A stretch of DNA of 64,000 nt from Actinomycetes bacterium (GCA_021828685.1 JAJZDJ010000001.1:6191-70190); one strand, 5' to 3'. Counted from the first letter of the stretch, positions 7,463 through 17,383 are shown. A program made the numbers and translations. The notes: a model not told the origin generated them from the sequence alone.

Positions 7463-9501
7463 ACGCTGCCCTCGGCGAGAGCGCCGACCTCCTAACGTTC
7501 GGGGCGGCGGTCGTCGGCTGCGTCACCTTGATGCTAGGCCTGCTTCGAAACAGGCCGAATCTCGTCCGTGCCGGCCGTGTCTACACGTGGGTTATTCTCG
7601 CAGGCGCTGTCCTTGCGACTGTGGCGATGCAACACGCCTTGATCACCCACGACTTTCGGCTCGCTTATGTCGCTAACAATGACAGCACACAGACTCCGAT
7701 CCTCTACCGGATTACGGCCATGTGGTCGAATCTCGCCGGCTCGATCCTGCTGTGGGGGCTAATACTCGCCGGGTGGATCGCGGCGACGGCTATACGTTTT
7801 CGCAAACGGGCCGCAGATCCGCTGATCGGCTGGGCCATGGCGATTGCCTACGCCGTGGCGGCGTTCTTCTTCGGGCTCATGCTGACTGGCTCCAATCCAT
7901 TCACGCTCGTAAAGGGTGCTATCCCGTCAGACGGACCCGGACCGGACCCGCTGCTGCAGAACAACGTACTCGTGGCGTTCCATCCCCCCCTGCTCTACCT
8001 CGGCCTTGTCGGCTTTACCATCCCCTTCGCTTTCGCCTGCGCAAGCCTGATCACGGGTCGCGTCGGCGAGGGCTGGCTTGTCGAGATGCGCCGGTGGACT
8101 CTGTTCTCTTGGGGGTTTCTCACGTTCGGCTTGATCCTTGGCGCTTGGTGGAGTTACAAGGTGCTGGGTTGGGGCGGTTACTGGGCGTGGGATCCGGTGG
8201 AGAATGCGGCATTCGTGCCTTGGATCACTGCTACCGCGTACCTTCACTCGGTGCGGGTTCAAGAGCAGCGGGGAATGCTCCGGGTGTGGAACCTGTCGCT
8301 TCTGACGGCAACGTTCAGCCTGACCATCCTTGCCACCTTCCTCACGCGCTCGGGGATCCTCGCTTCTGTTCACTCGTTCAACAACACCGGCATCGGCCCG
8401 CCGCTACTGGTTTTGTTTGCGGCGGTTGTAGCACTGTCAGTCGGGTTGTTGGCCTGGCGGGGAGACCTGCTTCGATCGCCCGGGTCGATAGGTTCTGCCG
8501 CCTCCCGCGAGGCAGCCTTCTTAGTCAACAACCTGGCATTCGGCGCGTTTGCGCTGGTCGTCCTGCTAGGCACCGTCTATCCCTTGGTGGTCCAAGCGGT
8601 CAACGGCCAGCAGCTGACCGTAGGCGCGCCGTATTTCAATACCCTGACGATGCCTATCGTCGTCTGCATCCTGTTCCTGATGGCCGTTGCTCCGGTCCTG
8701 CCATGGCGAAAGGCTTCCCCTAACCTTCTGCGTCGGAGGCTACTCAAACCGGCAGCGTTCGCCGTTGCCGTGCTAGTGGTGGCTGTCCTCGCCGGAGTTC
8801 GTGGCCTAAATCCGCTTCTGGCGTTCGGACTTGGCGGTTTTGCATTCGCAACAGCTCTGCGCCAACTCTTCGTGGAGGTCAAGGGGCGAGGCATTACCGG
8901 TGCAACCGGCCCCGCAGGGGGGGGCATGATCGTCCATATCGGCGTGGTGCTGATAGCTGTGGGCTTCGCAGCAAGCCATTCGTTCGCGGTAAGCCGTCAG
9001 CTCACCCTGAACCCGGGTCAGACCGCAACATTCGACGGCCACACCTTCAAGTACCTGGGAATCGCAAACATCGCCACGCCAACTCATACCGGCTTGGAAG
9101 CCCGGGTGGTGATGGACAACTCTGTGCGCCTCGACCCGGCTATAAGCGACTATCCCTTTGCTCAAGAAGCCATCGGAACCCCGTCGGTTCGCAGCACGCT
9201 CAGCGAGGACGTCTACCTGACTCTCGCGTCGACGCCGGCAAAGCCGACGTCGGCTGTGGTGATTGGAGTCATCGTAGAACCACTCGTCAGTTGGATATGG
9301 CTTGGGGGAGCTGTCATGGCGTTTGGGACTTTGATGTCTGCGTGGCCGAGACGCAAACGAGACGCCAAGCCGAAACCTGAGGCGGTGGGGGCGGAAGCTG
9401 AAGATGCGGTAATCCCCGAGAACCTCGTCGACCATCCTGAAGTGCTGGTACGAGTTCCGATTCGACCCATGGGTCTCGGCACGGCGAGTGGAGGACAATG
9501 A
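7459..9501 (+). CDS. ccmF: Cytochrome c heme lyase subunit CcmF
   Basis: 680-aa polytopic protein with the WWD motif WGGYWAWDPVENAA. GTGA overlap with ccmE. Confidence 0.9.
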   Translation: MNAALGESADLLTFGAAVVGCVTLMLGLLRNRPNLVRAGRVYTWVILAGAVLATVAMQHALITHDFRLAYVANNDSTQTPILYRITAMWSNLAGSILLWGLILAGWIAATAIRFRKRAADPLIGWAMAIAYAVAAFFFGLMLTGSNPFTLVKGAIPSDGPGPDPLLQNNVLVAFHPPLLYLGLVGFTIPFAFACASLITGRVGEGWLVEMRRWTLFSWGFLTFGLILGAWWSYKVLGWGGYWAWDPVENAAFVPWITATAYLHSVRVQEQRGMLRVWNLSLLTATFSLTILATFLTRSGILASVHSFNNTGIGPPLLVLFAAVVALSVGLLAWRGDLLRSPGSIGSAASREAAFLVNNLAFGAFALVVLLGTVYPLVVQAVNGQQLTVGAPYFNTLTMPIVVCILFLMAVAPVLPWRKASPNLLRRRLLKPAAFAVAVLVVAVLAGVRGLNPLLAFGLGGFAFATALRQLFVEVKGRGITGATGPAGGGMIVHIGVVLIAVGFAASHSFAVSRQLTLNPGQTATFDGHTFKYLGIANIATPTHTGLEARVVMDNSVRLDPAISDYPFAQEAIGTPSVRSTLSEDVYLTLASTPAKPTSAVVIGVIVEPLVSWIWLGGAVMAFGTLMSAWPRRKRDAKPKPEAVGAEAEDAVIPENLVDHPEVLVRVPIRPMGLGTASGGQ

Positions 9502-10121
9502 GGCCGCAGCCAGACGTCTCCCAGTCCGAGTTTTCAGAGCCGAGGGTTCCAGTACCCGACGTTTCACAAACCGGTACCCCACGCCGGCGGCGGTCCCGAG
9601 CGGTCCTTTATGTGTCCTTGGTCGTAGCTGCGCTGCTGGCAGTTCTGATCACACTGCTTGCATCTAGCAAGCCGGTAGCCGATTCGGTAGCCTCCAGCCC
9701 GCTGCTCGGCAAGCCGGCCCCGCAAGTGTCGGGCAGGGCGCTCGACGGTAAGGGAAGCTTCTCGCTTTCCTCCTTTCGCGGCCGGTGGGTCCTTCTCAAC
9801 TTCTCCGCCAGCTGGTGCATTCCCTGCAGGAATGAAACACCCCAGCTGCTGACATTTCAATCCGAACATGCGGTGTCGGGTGACGCAACTGTCTTCGCTG
9901 TCGAGTTCGATCCGAGCGACTCGGCAAACCTGGCTGCATTCCTAGCCTCCAACCATGCGCCGTGGCCGGCTATCAACGATCCCTCCGCTGAAGTGGCATA
10001 CGGAGTGACAGGAATACCGGAGTCGTACCTGATCGACCCAGCTGGAACAGTGGTCGCCAAGTTCTTCGGCGGCGTCACATCGGCACAGGTGGACAAGTCG
10101 ATTTCCCAGGCCGCTGCGTGA
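9498..10121 (+). CDS. ccmG: Thiol:disulfide oxidoreductase CcmG/DsbE (TlpA/ResA-like thioredoxin fold)
   Basis: Membrane anchor plus thioredoxin domain with active site WCIPC and the GIPESYLID motif. ATGA overlap with ccmF. Confidence 0.85.
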   Translation: MRPQPDVSQSEFSEPRVPVPDVSQTGTPRRRRSRAVLYVSLVVAALLAVLITLLASSKPVADSVASSPLLGKPAPQVSGRALDGKGSFSLSSFRGRWVLLNFSASWCIPCRNETPQLLTFQSEHAVSGDATVFAVEFDPSDSANLAAFLASNHAPWPAINDPSAEVAYGVTGIPESYLIDPAGTVVAKFFGGVTSAQVDKSISQAAA

Positions 10122-11269
10122 ATCTTCCTGCCAGTGATTGCGAGGCGACTGGCAGTGCCGGCATGCTCGACCACGCGCGAAGGTGGCTGCCGTGGATCGC
10201 CCTTGTCGTGGTGGCCTGCGTGGTTCTCGGACTTGGCATCCATCAGGCTTCGACTAGGGGCAGTATCGACGCTCGAACGGCTCACATCGCCGGGCTCGTG
10301 CGCTGCCCAGTGTGTAACGGTGAGACCGTTGCCCAAAGCCAGGCGACCCCGGCGGTGGAGATACGAGATCAGATCAAAAACGACCTTCAAAATGGCGAAA
10401 GTCAAAACGGGATCCTGTCCGGACTCGTAGCTGAGTACGGTCCCAGTATCTTGGAGAAACCTCCGGCAACGGGGGCGGGATTGGTCGTATGGATCTTGCC
10501 GATTGTGGCTGCTATCGCAGCGCTGGTCGGGGTCGGTTTCGTGCTGAGAAAGTGGCGGAACCGCGGCCGCCTCGAGGATCCCGACGATCTCCCCCTAGGC
10601 GCGCACGCGGCGTCTGCTTCTGGAGAGGCAACGGAAGGCCAAAGCGCCCCCGGCGCAGCCACGCCGGCTGTGGATGGCGCCCCTATTGTCTCGGCGTCAC
10701 CGGCTGAGGGGCAAGGGGTCGTGCCCGCAAGCCTTTTGCGTCGATCCAAAACGAAGCGATGGGTGCTTGCAGGCGCGGGGGTTGTCCTTGTCGTCGGGGG
10801 CTCCTCGTGGGCCCTGGCCGCATTCACGGGGACCCGCCTACCGGGCGAGGAGGTGACCGGCAAGACTCTCACCGGTCCCCAAGTATCGGCGGAACTGCTG
10901 GCAGCCAACGCCGACGAGTCCAAGGGTAACGTCGTCGCCGCCGTAGGCGAGTACCAAAAAGTTCTAAACGTCGACCAGACGAACGTCGAGGCGCTCTGCG
11001 GGGAGGGATGGCTGCTAGCGCAGACGGGGCAACCGACCCTACTCGCCAAGGGGCTGGCGATGCTCGCCAATGCGGAGAAGGTGGACCCGGCATACGGCCC
11101 TGCCCACGTCTACCGGGGGATAGCGCTCCTGGGCGAAGGTGACTACACCGATGCCATCCCGGAGCTCGAATGGTACCTCGGTCATCAGCCGGAGGCGAGC
11201 CTGAAGGCCGAGGTTTCCCAGGCGTTGGCTAAAGCGAAGGCGGAGCAGGCAGCAGCCGCGAAAGGCTGA
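10118..11269 (+). CDS. ccmH: CcmH with a C-terminal TPR (CcmI-like) extension
   Basis: The N-terminal motif VRCPVCNGETVAQSQ matches the CcmH LRCxxC motif. A TM segment follows, then a C-terminal TPR-like region (YQKVLNVDQTNVEAL...YRGIALLGEGDY). GTGA overlap with ccmG. Confidence 0.8.
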   Translation: MNLPASDCEATGSAGMLDHARRWLPWIALVVVACVVLGLGIHQASTRGSIDARTAHIAGLVRCPVCNGETVAQSQATPAVEIRDQIKNDLQNGESQNGILSGLVAEYGPSILEKPPATGAGLVVWILPIVAAIAALVGVGFVLRKWRNRGRLEDPDDLPLGAHAASASGEATEGQSAPGAATPAVDGAPIVSASPAEGQGVVPASLLRRSKTKRWVLAGAGVVLVVGGSSWALAAFTGTRLPGEEVTGKTLTGPQVSAELLAANADESKGNVVAAVGEYQKVLNVDQTNVEALCGEGWLLAQTGQPTLLAKGLAMLANAEKVDPAYGPAHVYRGIALLGEGDYTDAIPELEWYLGHQPEASLKAEVSQALAKAKAEQAAAAKG

Positions 11270-11339
11270 GTTCCAATTTTGCGGACGCCGGAGGCGAGAA
11301 CCTCACTATGAGCAAGCGAGCGAGTGTTGCCTGGCGCCT

Positions 11340-12482
11340 TTAGTTTGCCCGGAGACGGCGGAGTTCGCCGACGACCTCCGCCAACCTCTCGCCGGCGAAG
11401 CCGATCTCGGCATCAGATGTGTTCCAGCCGACCGAGAACCGGAGGCTACGCTCAGAGTTGAAGCCCATCGCTGCGAGCACCGGAGAAGGCTCCAGCATTT
11501 CGGACGAGCACGAGCTGCCAGAATGGGCGGCGACCCCTTTCTGGTCCAGGCCTACAAGCACCGGTTCCGCCTCGAGGTCATCGAAGCCGAGGCAGACAAG
11601 ACCCGGCAGCCGCCGAAGCGGATCGACGGGCCCGTAGAGGCGCGTCCCGTCGAGGGAGGCGGCGACGTCGCGCAAGGTTTGCGCTTGAAGTCGCGCTCGA
11701 GCCGTTTCCGCGGTGAGCGAGTCGCCCGCGACCAGTGTCTCGGCTACCGCAGCAAAACCCACGGCGCCGGCGACGTTCTCCAGTCCCGCCCTGCGGGCAC
11801 GCTCCTGGGCTCCTCCGAGGAGGAGCGGGTCGATCCGGAGGCCCCTTCGCACCAGAAGGGCCCCGACGTTTGTTGGGCCGCCAATGTGATGGCACGAAAC
11901 CGACATCAGGTCGACCCCGAGGGCGTCGAAGTCGATCCTCACGACCCCGGTCGCTGCAGTCGCGTCGACGTGCAGCAAGACCCCGGTCGCCTGACAAATG
12001 TCAGCGACCTCGCGCACCGGTTGAAGGGTGCCGACCTCCTGGTTGGCTAACTGGCAGTGCACGAGCGCTACGTTGCCGTCGTGGACGAGTCGATCGAGCT
12101 CGTCGACGAGGACGAAACCTTCGGGGTCGACGTTCACCCATCGGATCTCCCCGGCCCAGCGGGCGGAGGATTCTCTGACCGCTGCCGACTCGACGCGGGG
12201 GAGCACGGCGACGGGTTCCCGTCTGGACGCATGGCTCCCGTAGACCGCAGCGTTGACCGATTCCGTCGCACCGGATGTAAAAACCACCTCCCTCGGACGT
12301 GCCCCGAGAAGGGCGGCCACCTGGTCGCGGGCGTCCTCCAGACGCTGTCGTGACGACCGACCTTCGAAGTGGATGCGCCCCGGGTCGGCCGCGGCCAGCC
12401 ACGAGATCATGGCGTCAAGGGCGCATTGTCGCAACTGTGAACTCGACGCGTGATCCAGGTAGGCCCGCAAGGCAGGCGTCAC
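11340..12482 (-). CDS. Class V aminotransferase / cysteine desulfurase-like (NifS/IscS family)
   Basis: 380 aa with AYLDHASSS, VVFTSGATESVN and SVSCHHIGGP (the position of the PLP-Lys region), giving an NifS-like overall layout. GTG start. Confidence 0.75.
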   Translation of the reverse strand: MTPALRAYLDHASSSQLRQCALDAMISWLAAADPGRIHFEGRSSRQRLEDARDQVAALLGARPREVVFTSGATESVNAAVYGSHASRREPVAVLPRVESAAVRESSARWAGEIRWVNVDPEGFVLVDELDRLVHDGNVALVHCQLANQEVGTLQPVREVADICQATGVLLHVDATAATGVVRIDFDALGVDLMSVSCHHIGGPTNVGALLVRRGLRIDPLLLGGAQERARRAGLENVAGAVGFAAVAETLVAGDSLTAETARARLQAQTLRDVAASLDGTRLYGPVDPLRRLPGLVCLGFDDLEAEPVLVGLDQKGVAAHSGSSCSSEMLEPSPVLAAMGFNSERSLRFSVGWNTSDAEIGFAGERLAEVVGELRRLRAN

Positions 12483-12715
12483 CTAGATGATACTAAGGCG
12501 AAGGAGGAACCACGCGCCTCGACGCGCGCTTCGTAGCCGTGGGCGGCGAAAGTGTACATATGACGTCGAGTCGGATCACCGAAGGCGCTGGTGACCGCGG
12601 CAACGGCGGCCGCGAACCCCTGATCGCTCAGCGGTTCGGCGCGCACGGGGATGCGCGTATCGACGCGAACCTCACCCAGGTGGCGCTCGCTAACCTCGGA
12701 GGCTCCAGTGCCCAC
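12479..12715 (-). CDS. Short hypothetical ORF with an ArsR-like HTH-start motif (possible truncated regulator)
   Basis: 78 aa. FGDPTRRHMYTFAA resembles the ArsR/SmtB xxDPTRxxIL segment, but the protein stops about 25 aa later. GTGA overlap with the downstream desulfurase. Confidence 0.3.
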   Translation of the reverse strand: MGTGASEVSERHLGEVRVDTRIPVRAEPLSDQGFAAAVAAVTSAFGDPTRRHMYTFAAHGYEARVEARGSSFALVSSR

Positions 12716-12785
12716 GGCGGTATCCTACCTATCGCGACGGTGGGCGATGTCTGCCGGCATTCGAGATCGCGGGAAAGGACCGTTC

Positions 12786-13985
12786 GTGTCGCCGAGCAGC
12801 GAGCAGGTGATGGGCGCACTCACAAAGGTTGAGGAACCTGAGCTCAGGCGGAGTCTCACCGACTTGGGGATGATCCGCGACGTCGAAGTGCGAAGGAGGA
12901 AGGTATCGGTCACGGTCGCTCTCCCCGATGTCGACAGCCCTTCTCGCGTCGAGATTTCGACCAGAGTGAGGGCGGCTATTACCAGTCTCGGAGGCGTCAA
13001 GGACGTGGCCGTCAGCTTCGTCGTGATGAACCCGGAGGAGGGGAAAGTCCTGACCCGCACGGCGGCTGCGCCCGGCGGTTCTAGGCGTTCCGCTTCCATA
13101 CCCGTCAGTCCTGGAGCGCCGGCGCCAGGTCATTCGCAACCGGGGGCGGCAGCGCCGAGAAGCCCATTGGGCCATGAACAGGGTCGCGCGAATCCGTTCG
13201 GCACCAACAGCCGCACGAGGGTAGTCGGAATCAGCTCTGGTAAAGGGGGGGTCGGGAAGTCAACGGTGACGGTCAACTTGGCGGTAGCGCTTGCTCAGGC
13301 CGGCCGCGACGTGGCGCTCCTCGACGCCGATGTCTACGGATTCTCGGTGCCGGGAATGCTCGGGATCACCGAGGAACCGACCGTCTCGGACCTGAAGATG
13401 ACTCCGCCCGAAGCGCACGGCGTCCGCTGCATGTCGATGGGTTTCTTCTTGGAGGACGAGCAGCCGGTTGTGTGGCGAGGTCCTATGCTTCACAAAGCAC
13501 TCGAGCAGTTCTTGGTGGACGTCGACTGGGGTGACCCGGAGTTCCTCCTCGTGGACATGCCGCCCGGGACGGGAGACGTGGCTCTGTCCATGGCGCAGTA
13601 CCTGCCGACCTCGGAAATGTACGTGGTGACGACACCCCAACCGGCGGCGCGAAAGGTCGCGCAGAGAAGTGCATACATGGCGAAGAAGCTAAAGCTTCCG
13701 ATGCGGGGTGTCATCGAGAACATGAGCTGGTGGAGCTCACCCGGCGGCGAGCGGGAGTACATCTTCGGCCAGGGGGGCGGCACCCAGCTCGCCGAGGAGC
13801 TCGGCGTCCCACTCTTGGGCCAGATCCCGCTGGACACAGCGCTACGCGAGGGCGGTGACTCTGGCGCTCCGATTACTGTCACCGCAACTGAATCCGACGC
13901 AGCACGCGCGTTCGCAAGTCTGGCAAAAGCGATCGCGGGTAAAGGCCGCACCCGTGTCTTTCACCCAGAGCTGACAGTTCGGTGA
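12786..13985 (+). CDS. mrp: Fe-S cluster carrier ATPase Mrp/ApbC with N-terminal DUF59 domain
   Basis: DUF59-like EQVMGALTKVEEPELRRSLTDLGMI, P-loop SGKGGVGKST and the CxxC-region equivalent. The GTG at 12786 is preceded by a GAAAGGA ribosome-binding site. An alternative ATG lies at 12747. Confidence 0.88.
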   Translation: MSPSSEQVMGALTKVEEPELRRSLTDLGMIRDVEVRRRKVSVTVALPDVDSPSRVEISTRVRAAITSLGGVKDVAVSFVVMNPEEGKVLTRTAAAPGGSRRSASIPVSPGAPAPGHSQPGAAAPRSPLGHEQGRANPFGTNSRTRVVGISSGKGGVGKSTVTVNLAVALAQAGRDVALLDADVYGFSVPGMLGITEEPTVSDLKMTPPEAHGVRCMSMGFFLEDEQPVVWRGPMLHKALEQFLVDVDWGDPEFLLVDMPPGTGDVALSMAQYLPTSEMYVVTTPQPAARKVAQRSAYMAKKLKLPMRGVIENMSWWSSPGGEREYIFGQGGGTQLAEELGVPLLGQIPLDTALREGGDSGAPITVTATESDAARAFASLAKAIAGKGRTRVFHPELTVR

Positions 13986-14040
13986 AAATATGGCGGTATC
14001 GCGCTCCCCTTAAGGCCGTGAAGCTGCAAATAATGGCAAG

Positions 14041-14760
14041 GTGACAGTCGACGCCGCAGGTGGAGGGTCGGAAAGCGGGACACCGGTCGGCCGCCGGGTC
14101 GTGCTCGGCATGCTCGGGCTCGGGGCGCTCGGCGTGGTCGCCGGCAAGGGAATTCAAGGTGGGATCGACACTGCTCTGGCGCCTTTGCAGCGCCTTGACC
14201 CGACTGGACTAGGGTCGCTGATTCCGGGCGACTACTTCCGGATCTACACGGTCACGTCGGGATACCCATACGAGTCTGACGCCAACTACCGCCTCACGGT
14301 CGACGGCATGGTTGACAAGCCACTGACCCTACAGCTTTCCGACCTGCAGGCGATGCCGCCGACCAGCATGGTACGAACCTTTCAGTGCGTCACCGGTTGG
14401 CAGGTGCCGAACGTGCATTGGACCGGAGTCAAGCTGTCGGACCTGCTCGCCGAGGCAAGCGTGGCCAAGGGCGCGACGGCTCTGCGCTTCGAGTCTTTCG
14501 ACGGGCTTTACACCGAGAGCCTGACCCTTGACCAAGCTGCCCGACCCGACATCATCGTCGCCTACTCGATGCTCGGCGGTCCGGTGAGCCGTGAACATGG
14601 TGGCCCGGTGCGTCTCTACGTGGCCCCTATGTACGGATACAAGTCGATCAAGTGGCTGTCACGTATATCGGTAGTGGATCGGGTGGAACCGGGCTACTGG
14701 GAGGACAACGGCTACGCCGTCGACGGGTGGATCGGCCACAGCAATGGCTACGGTTCCTAA
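14041..14760 (+). CDS. Molybdopterin-binding oxidoreductase (sulfite-oxidase fold, MsrP/YedY-like) with Tat-like signal
   Basis: GRRVVLGMLGLGALG twin-Arg leader, plus YRLTVDGMVDKPLTLQLSDLQAMP...FQCVTGWQ, typical of the oxidoreductase molybdopterin-binding domain. Confidence 0.8.
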   Translation: MTVDAAGGGSESGTPVGRRVVLGMLGLGALGVVAGKGIQGGIDTALAPLQRLDPTGLGSLIPGDYFRIYTVTSGYPYESDANYRLTVDGMVDKPLTLQLSDLQAMPPTSMVRTFQCVTGWQVPNVHWTGVKLSDLLAEASVAKGATALRFESFDGLYTESLTLDQAARPDIIVAYSMLGGPVSREHGGPVRLYVAPMYGYKSIKWLSRISVVDRVEPGYWEDNGYAVDGWIGHSNGYGS

Positions 14761-15445
14761 GTCGTCCGAGGTGACCCCTGCAGGAGGCACCTCCGGGGCG
14801 AGAATAGAACGCTTCGACGCTGTCGAGCGGGCCGTCCACTGGACGACGGCCTTCTTGTTCGCTGTTCTGATCCTGACTGGGGCTGCGCTTTACCTGCAAC
14901 CCGTCGCGGCGATCGTCGGGAGAAGGTATCTCGTGGAGCAGATCCATGTCTACTGCGGGATTGCCCTTCCGTTGCCTGTCTTGGCGGCGTTGAGCGGGTC
15001 GTGGGGGCGAGGGATCCGGGCCGACCTCAAGCGTTTCAACCGATGGACGGGAGCCGATCGGGCGTGGCTCCGGGCGACTGCCCAAAGCCGGCCGGTTCGA
15101 CTCAAAAAGCGCGAAGCTGTGGCACTTGGCAAGTTCAACGCCGGACAGAAGCTGAACGCGGCCTGGACCGCAGGCGGCGGACTTGTCATGCTCGGAACGG
15201 GCCTAATCATGCGCTTTTACCAGCCTTGGCCACTTTCGTGGCGCACGGGAGCGACTTTCGTCCACGACTGGCTGGCTGCGGCGATCGTCGCAGTGGCGGT
15301 CGGCCACATAGGTATGGCGCTCAGACACCCCGAGGCGCTGGACTCGATGCGCTCCGGCTTGGTCAGCAGGCAGTGGGCGGCCGCGAACGCTCCACGTTGG
15401 CTGGAGGACGTCGCCCCCTCGGAGCCAGTTCAGCCGACGTCGTAG
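14744..15445 (+). CDS. Cytochrome b561 / MsrQ-like membrane di-heme protein
   Basis: ERFDAVERAVHWTTAFLFAVLILTG and later His-containing TMs. It overlaps the upstream Mo-enzyme gene by 17 nt. Confidence 0.72.
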   Translation: MATVPKSSEVTPAGGTSGARIERFDAVERAVHWTTAFLFAVLILTGAALYLQPVAAIVGRRYLVEQIHVYCGIALPLPVLAALSGSWGRGIRADLKRFNRWTGADRAWLRATAQSRPVRLKKREAVALGKFNAGQKLNAAWTAGGGLVMLGTGLIMRFYQPWPLSWRTGATFVHDWLAAAIVAVAVGHIGMALRHPEALDSMRSGLVSRQWAAANAPRWLEDVAPSEPVQPTS

Positions 15446-16599
15446 CCCTTGGGGAGCTGGTCGGGGTCCCAGCCGAGGACATCGAGCGCACATCGGCACG
15501 CATAACGGTCGGTCATCCCGTCGACCCACCCGACTGCGGCGAGAAGGGGGTCGCGTTCTAGCTGGGCGTCGACCGGCAACTCTCCGGGCCTGTCACAAAA
15601 GTGCTCGACAAGTGCCCGCAGCATCGTGATAACCGTGCGAGCCTGGCGCTTGGAGCCCTCGGTGAGGTAGATCCGCTCATGGTTGAAACCCCGCAGCTGC
15701 GCGAGCGCCTCGCCCATCGGTTCTGAGAGGCCTACTAGGCCGGTCCGCTGAAGGACGTCGACAGCGTCGGTGACAAACGAGTGGAGCTGGCTCGAACGAG
15801 TCGACCCACAAAGCTCGACTACGACTTGGGGAAGGTCTCCGTAAGCGACAAGCCCTGCGCTGGCAGCGTCCTCCAGGTCGTGAGCGCAGTAGGCGATCCG
15901 GTCGGCGAGGCCGACGACCTGGCCCTCCGGAGTGCACGGCGCAGGACGGGACCACGAATGGTTCCGGATCCCGTCGAGAGTTTCGAAGCACAGGTTCAAC
16001 GGAGCCGACGTGACGTCTGCACCCCACACCGCGTGGTCGAATCCTCCGACGAAGAGCGAGAAGGCATCTTCGGAGGCGTGGCCGCCGGGACCGTGACCGC
16101 AATCGTGGCCGAGGGCTATCGCCTCGGTCAAAGACACGTTGAGCCGGCAAGCACGGGCGACAGCGGTCGCCACCTGGGCTACCTCCAGCGCGTGCGTGAG
16201 CCGGGTGCGCTGATGGTCGGCCGGGAAGATGAACACCTGGGTCTTGCCCGCAAGGCGTCGAAAAGCAGGCGAGTGGAGGATACGGTCCCTGTCGCGTTCG
16301 AACCGGGTTCGCAACGCGTCGGGCTCCTCAGGCCGAGCACGCCGCTCCGCTCCGATCGACAGGGTGGCCCCCGGTGCGAGTTCCGAAAGTTCGCGTTCCT
16401 CACGGGAATCTCTGTCGAGGCGTGCGCAAGGGGTGACCCGAACCCGACTTGCACCCTGATGCGCCTGGCGCACCGAAAGCTCCGAATCCCGGAATCCACC
16501 CATGGTCGACGCCCACCTTCGAGCGCGGTCCGTGGCGTCAGCTACCCCTGCGATCACCTCTTGTGGCGAAGCGCTGGAATGTCCTTTCACGACACTCAA
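15430..16599 (-). CDS. dgt: dGTP triphosphohydrolase-like HD-domain protein
   Basis: FERDRDRILHSPAFRRLAGKTQVF, HQRTRLTHALEVAQV and LGHDCGHGPGGH motifs. The true start may be the internal ATG at 16503. Confidence 0.85.
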   Translation of the reverse strand: MSVVKGHSSASPQEVIAGVADATDRARRWASTMGGFRDSELSVRQAHQGASRVRVTPCARLDRDSREERELSELAPGATLSIGAERRARPEEPDALRTRFERDRDRILHSPAFRRLAGKTQVFIFPADHQRTRLTHALEVAQVATAVARACRLNVSLTEAIALGHDCGHGPGGHASEDAFSLFVGGFDHAVWGADVTSAPLNLCFETLDGIRNHSWSRPAPCTPEGQVVGLADRIAYCAHDLEDAASAGLVAYGDLPQVVVELCGSTRSSQLHSFVTDAVDVLQRTGLVGLSEPMGEALAQLRGFNHERIYLTEGSKRQARTVITMLRALVEHFCDRPGELPVDAQLERDPLLAAVGWVDGMTDRYACRCALDVLGWDPDQLPKGYDVG

Positions 16600-16645
16600 G
16601 CTACCCGGCGGGTGAGACGGTCACGCTCCAATCGAAGGCTAGCCG

Positions 16646-17383
16646 CTAGCCGCAGAGAGGAGAGCTGGCCCCGCCCTGTCGGGCACCGGCTTGCGAGATC
16701 TCCAACGATCGCGCAAGCACCGAGTCGAGCATTGTCTCGGTGAGCCTGCCGGTGAAGGTGTTCTGCTGGCTCGGATGATACGAGCAGATCAGCGTGATAC
16801 CGCTGCCGGTGGTCGTTTCGACCCCGTGACCGAATCGGGGTCTCGGTCGGGGAGCCCCGACGAGCCCGCCGACGGCCTGGTAGGCGAAGGCGCCCAGCGC
16901 CACGACCACCTGCACCGGTCCGACTAACGCCAGTTCGCGGCGAAGAAATGTGGAGCAACTGTCGCGCTCGAAGGGCTCGGGCCGGTTGTCGGGCGGGGCG
17001 CAGCGGACCGCCGCCGTCACCCAGACGCCTTTAAGCTCGAGGCCGTCGTCGATCGATCTGCTGGTCGGTTGGTTCGCTAGACCGCAGCGATACATGGAAG
17101 CGAACAACCAGTCCCCGGAGCGATCCCCGGTGAACATCCGGCCGGTTCGATTCGCCCCGTGCGCGGCTGGCGCAAGGCCAACCACGGCTATCGAAGCGAG
17201 CGGATCACCGAACCCTGACACCGGCCGGCCCCAGTAGAGCTCGTTGCGAAAGGCGGCGCGGCGATCGGCTGCGACCGCCTCACGCCACGCCACCAGGCGC
17301 GGGCAGGCCCGGCACGAGTGAATCTCGTGTCGTAGGTCGACGAGCGCGTCGCTGCGAAATCCGAGCTCAGGATCCGGTTCCAC
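16646..17383 (-). CDS. Uracil-DNA glycosylase, family 4/5 (UdgB-like)
   Basis: CRACPRLVAWRE Fe-S Cys motif and GLAPAAHGANRTGRMFTGD active-site block. Confidence 0.85.
   Translation of the reverse strand: MEPDPELGFRSDALVDLRHEIHSCRACPRLVAWREAVAADRRAAFRNELYWGRPVSGFGDPLASIAVVGLAPAAHGANRTGRMFTGDRSGDWLFASMYRCGLANQPTSRSIDDGLELKGVWVTAAVRCAPPDNRPEPFERDSCSTFLRRELALVGPVQVVVALGAFAYQAVGGLVGAPRPRPRFGHGVETTTGSGITLICSYHPSQQNTFTGRLTETMLDSVLARSLEISQAGARQGGASSPLCG

Noticed and set aside
16309-16321. CGAAC-CGG-GTTCG palindrome resembling an SOS box
   Set aside because: The spacer is 3 nt rather than the 4 nt of the Cheo/LexA consensus, and the site lies inside the dGTPase coding sequence.
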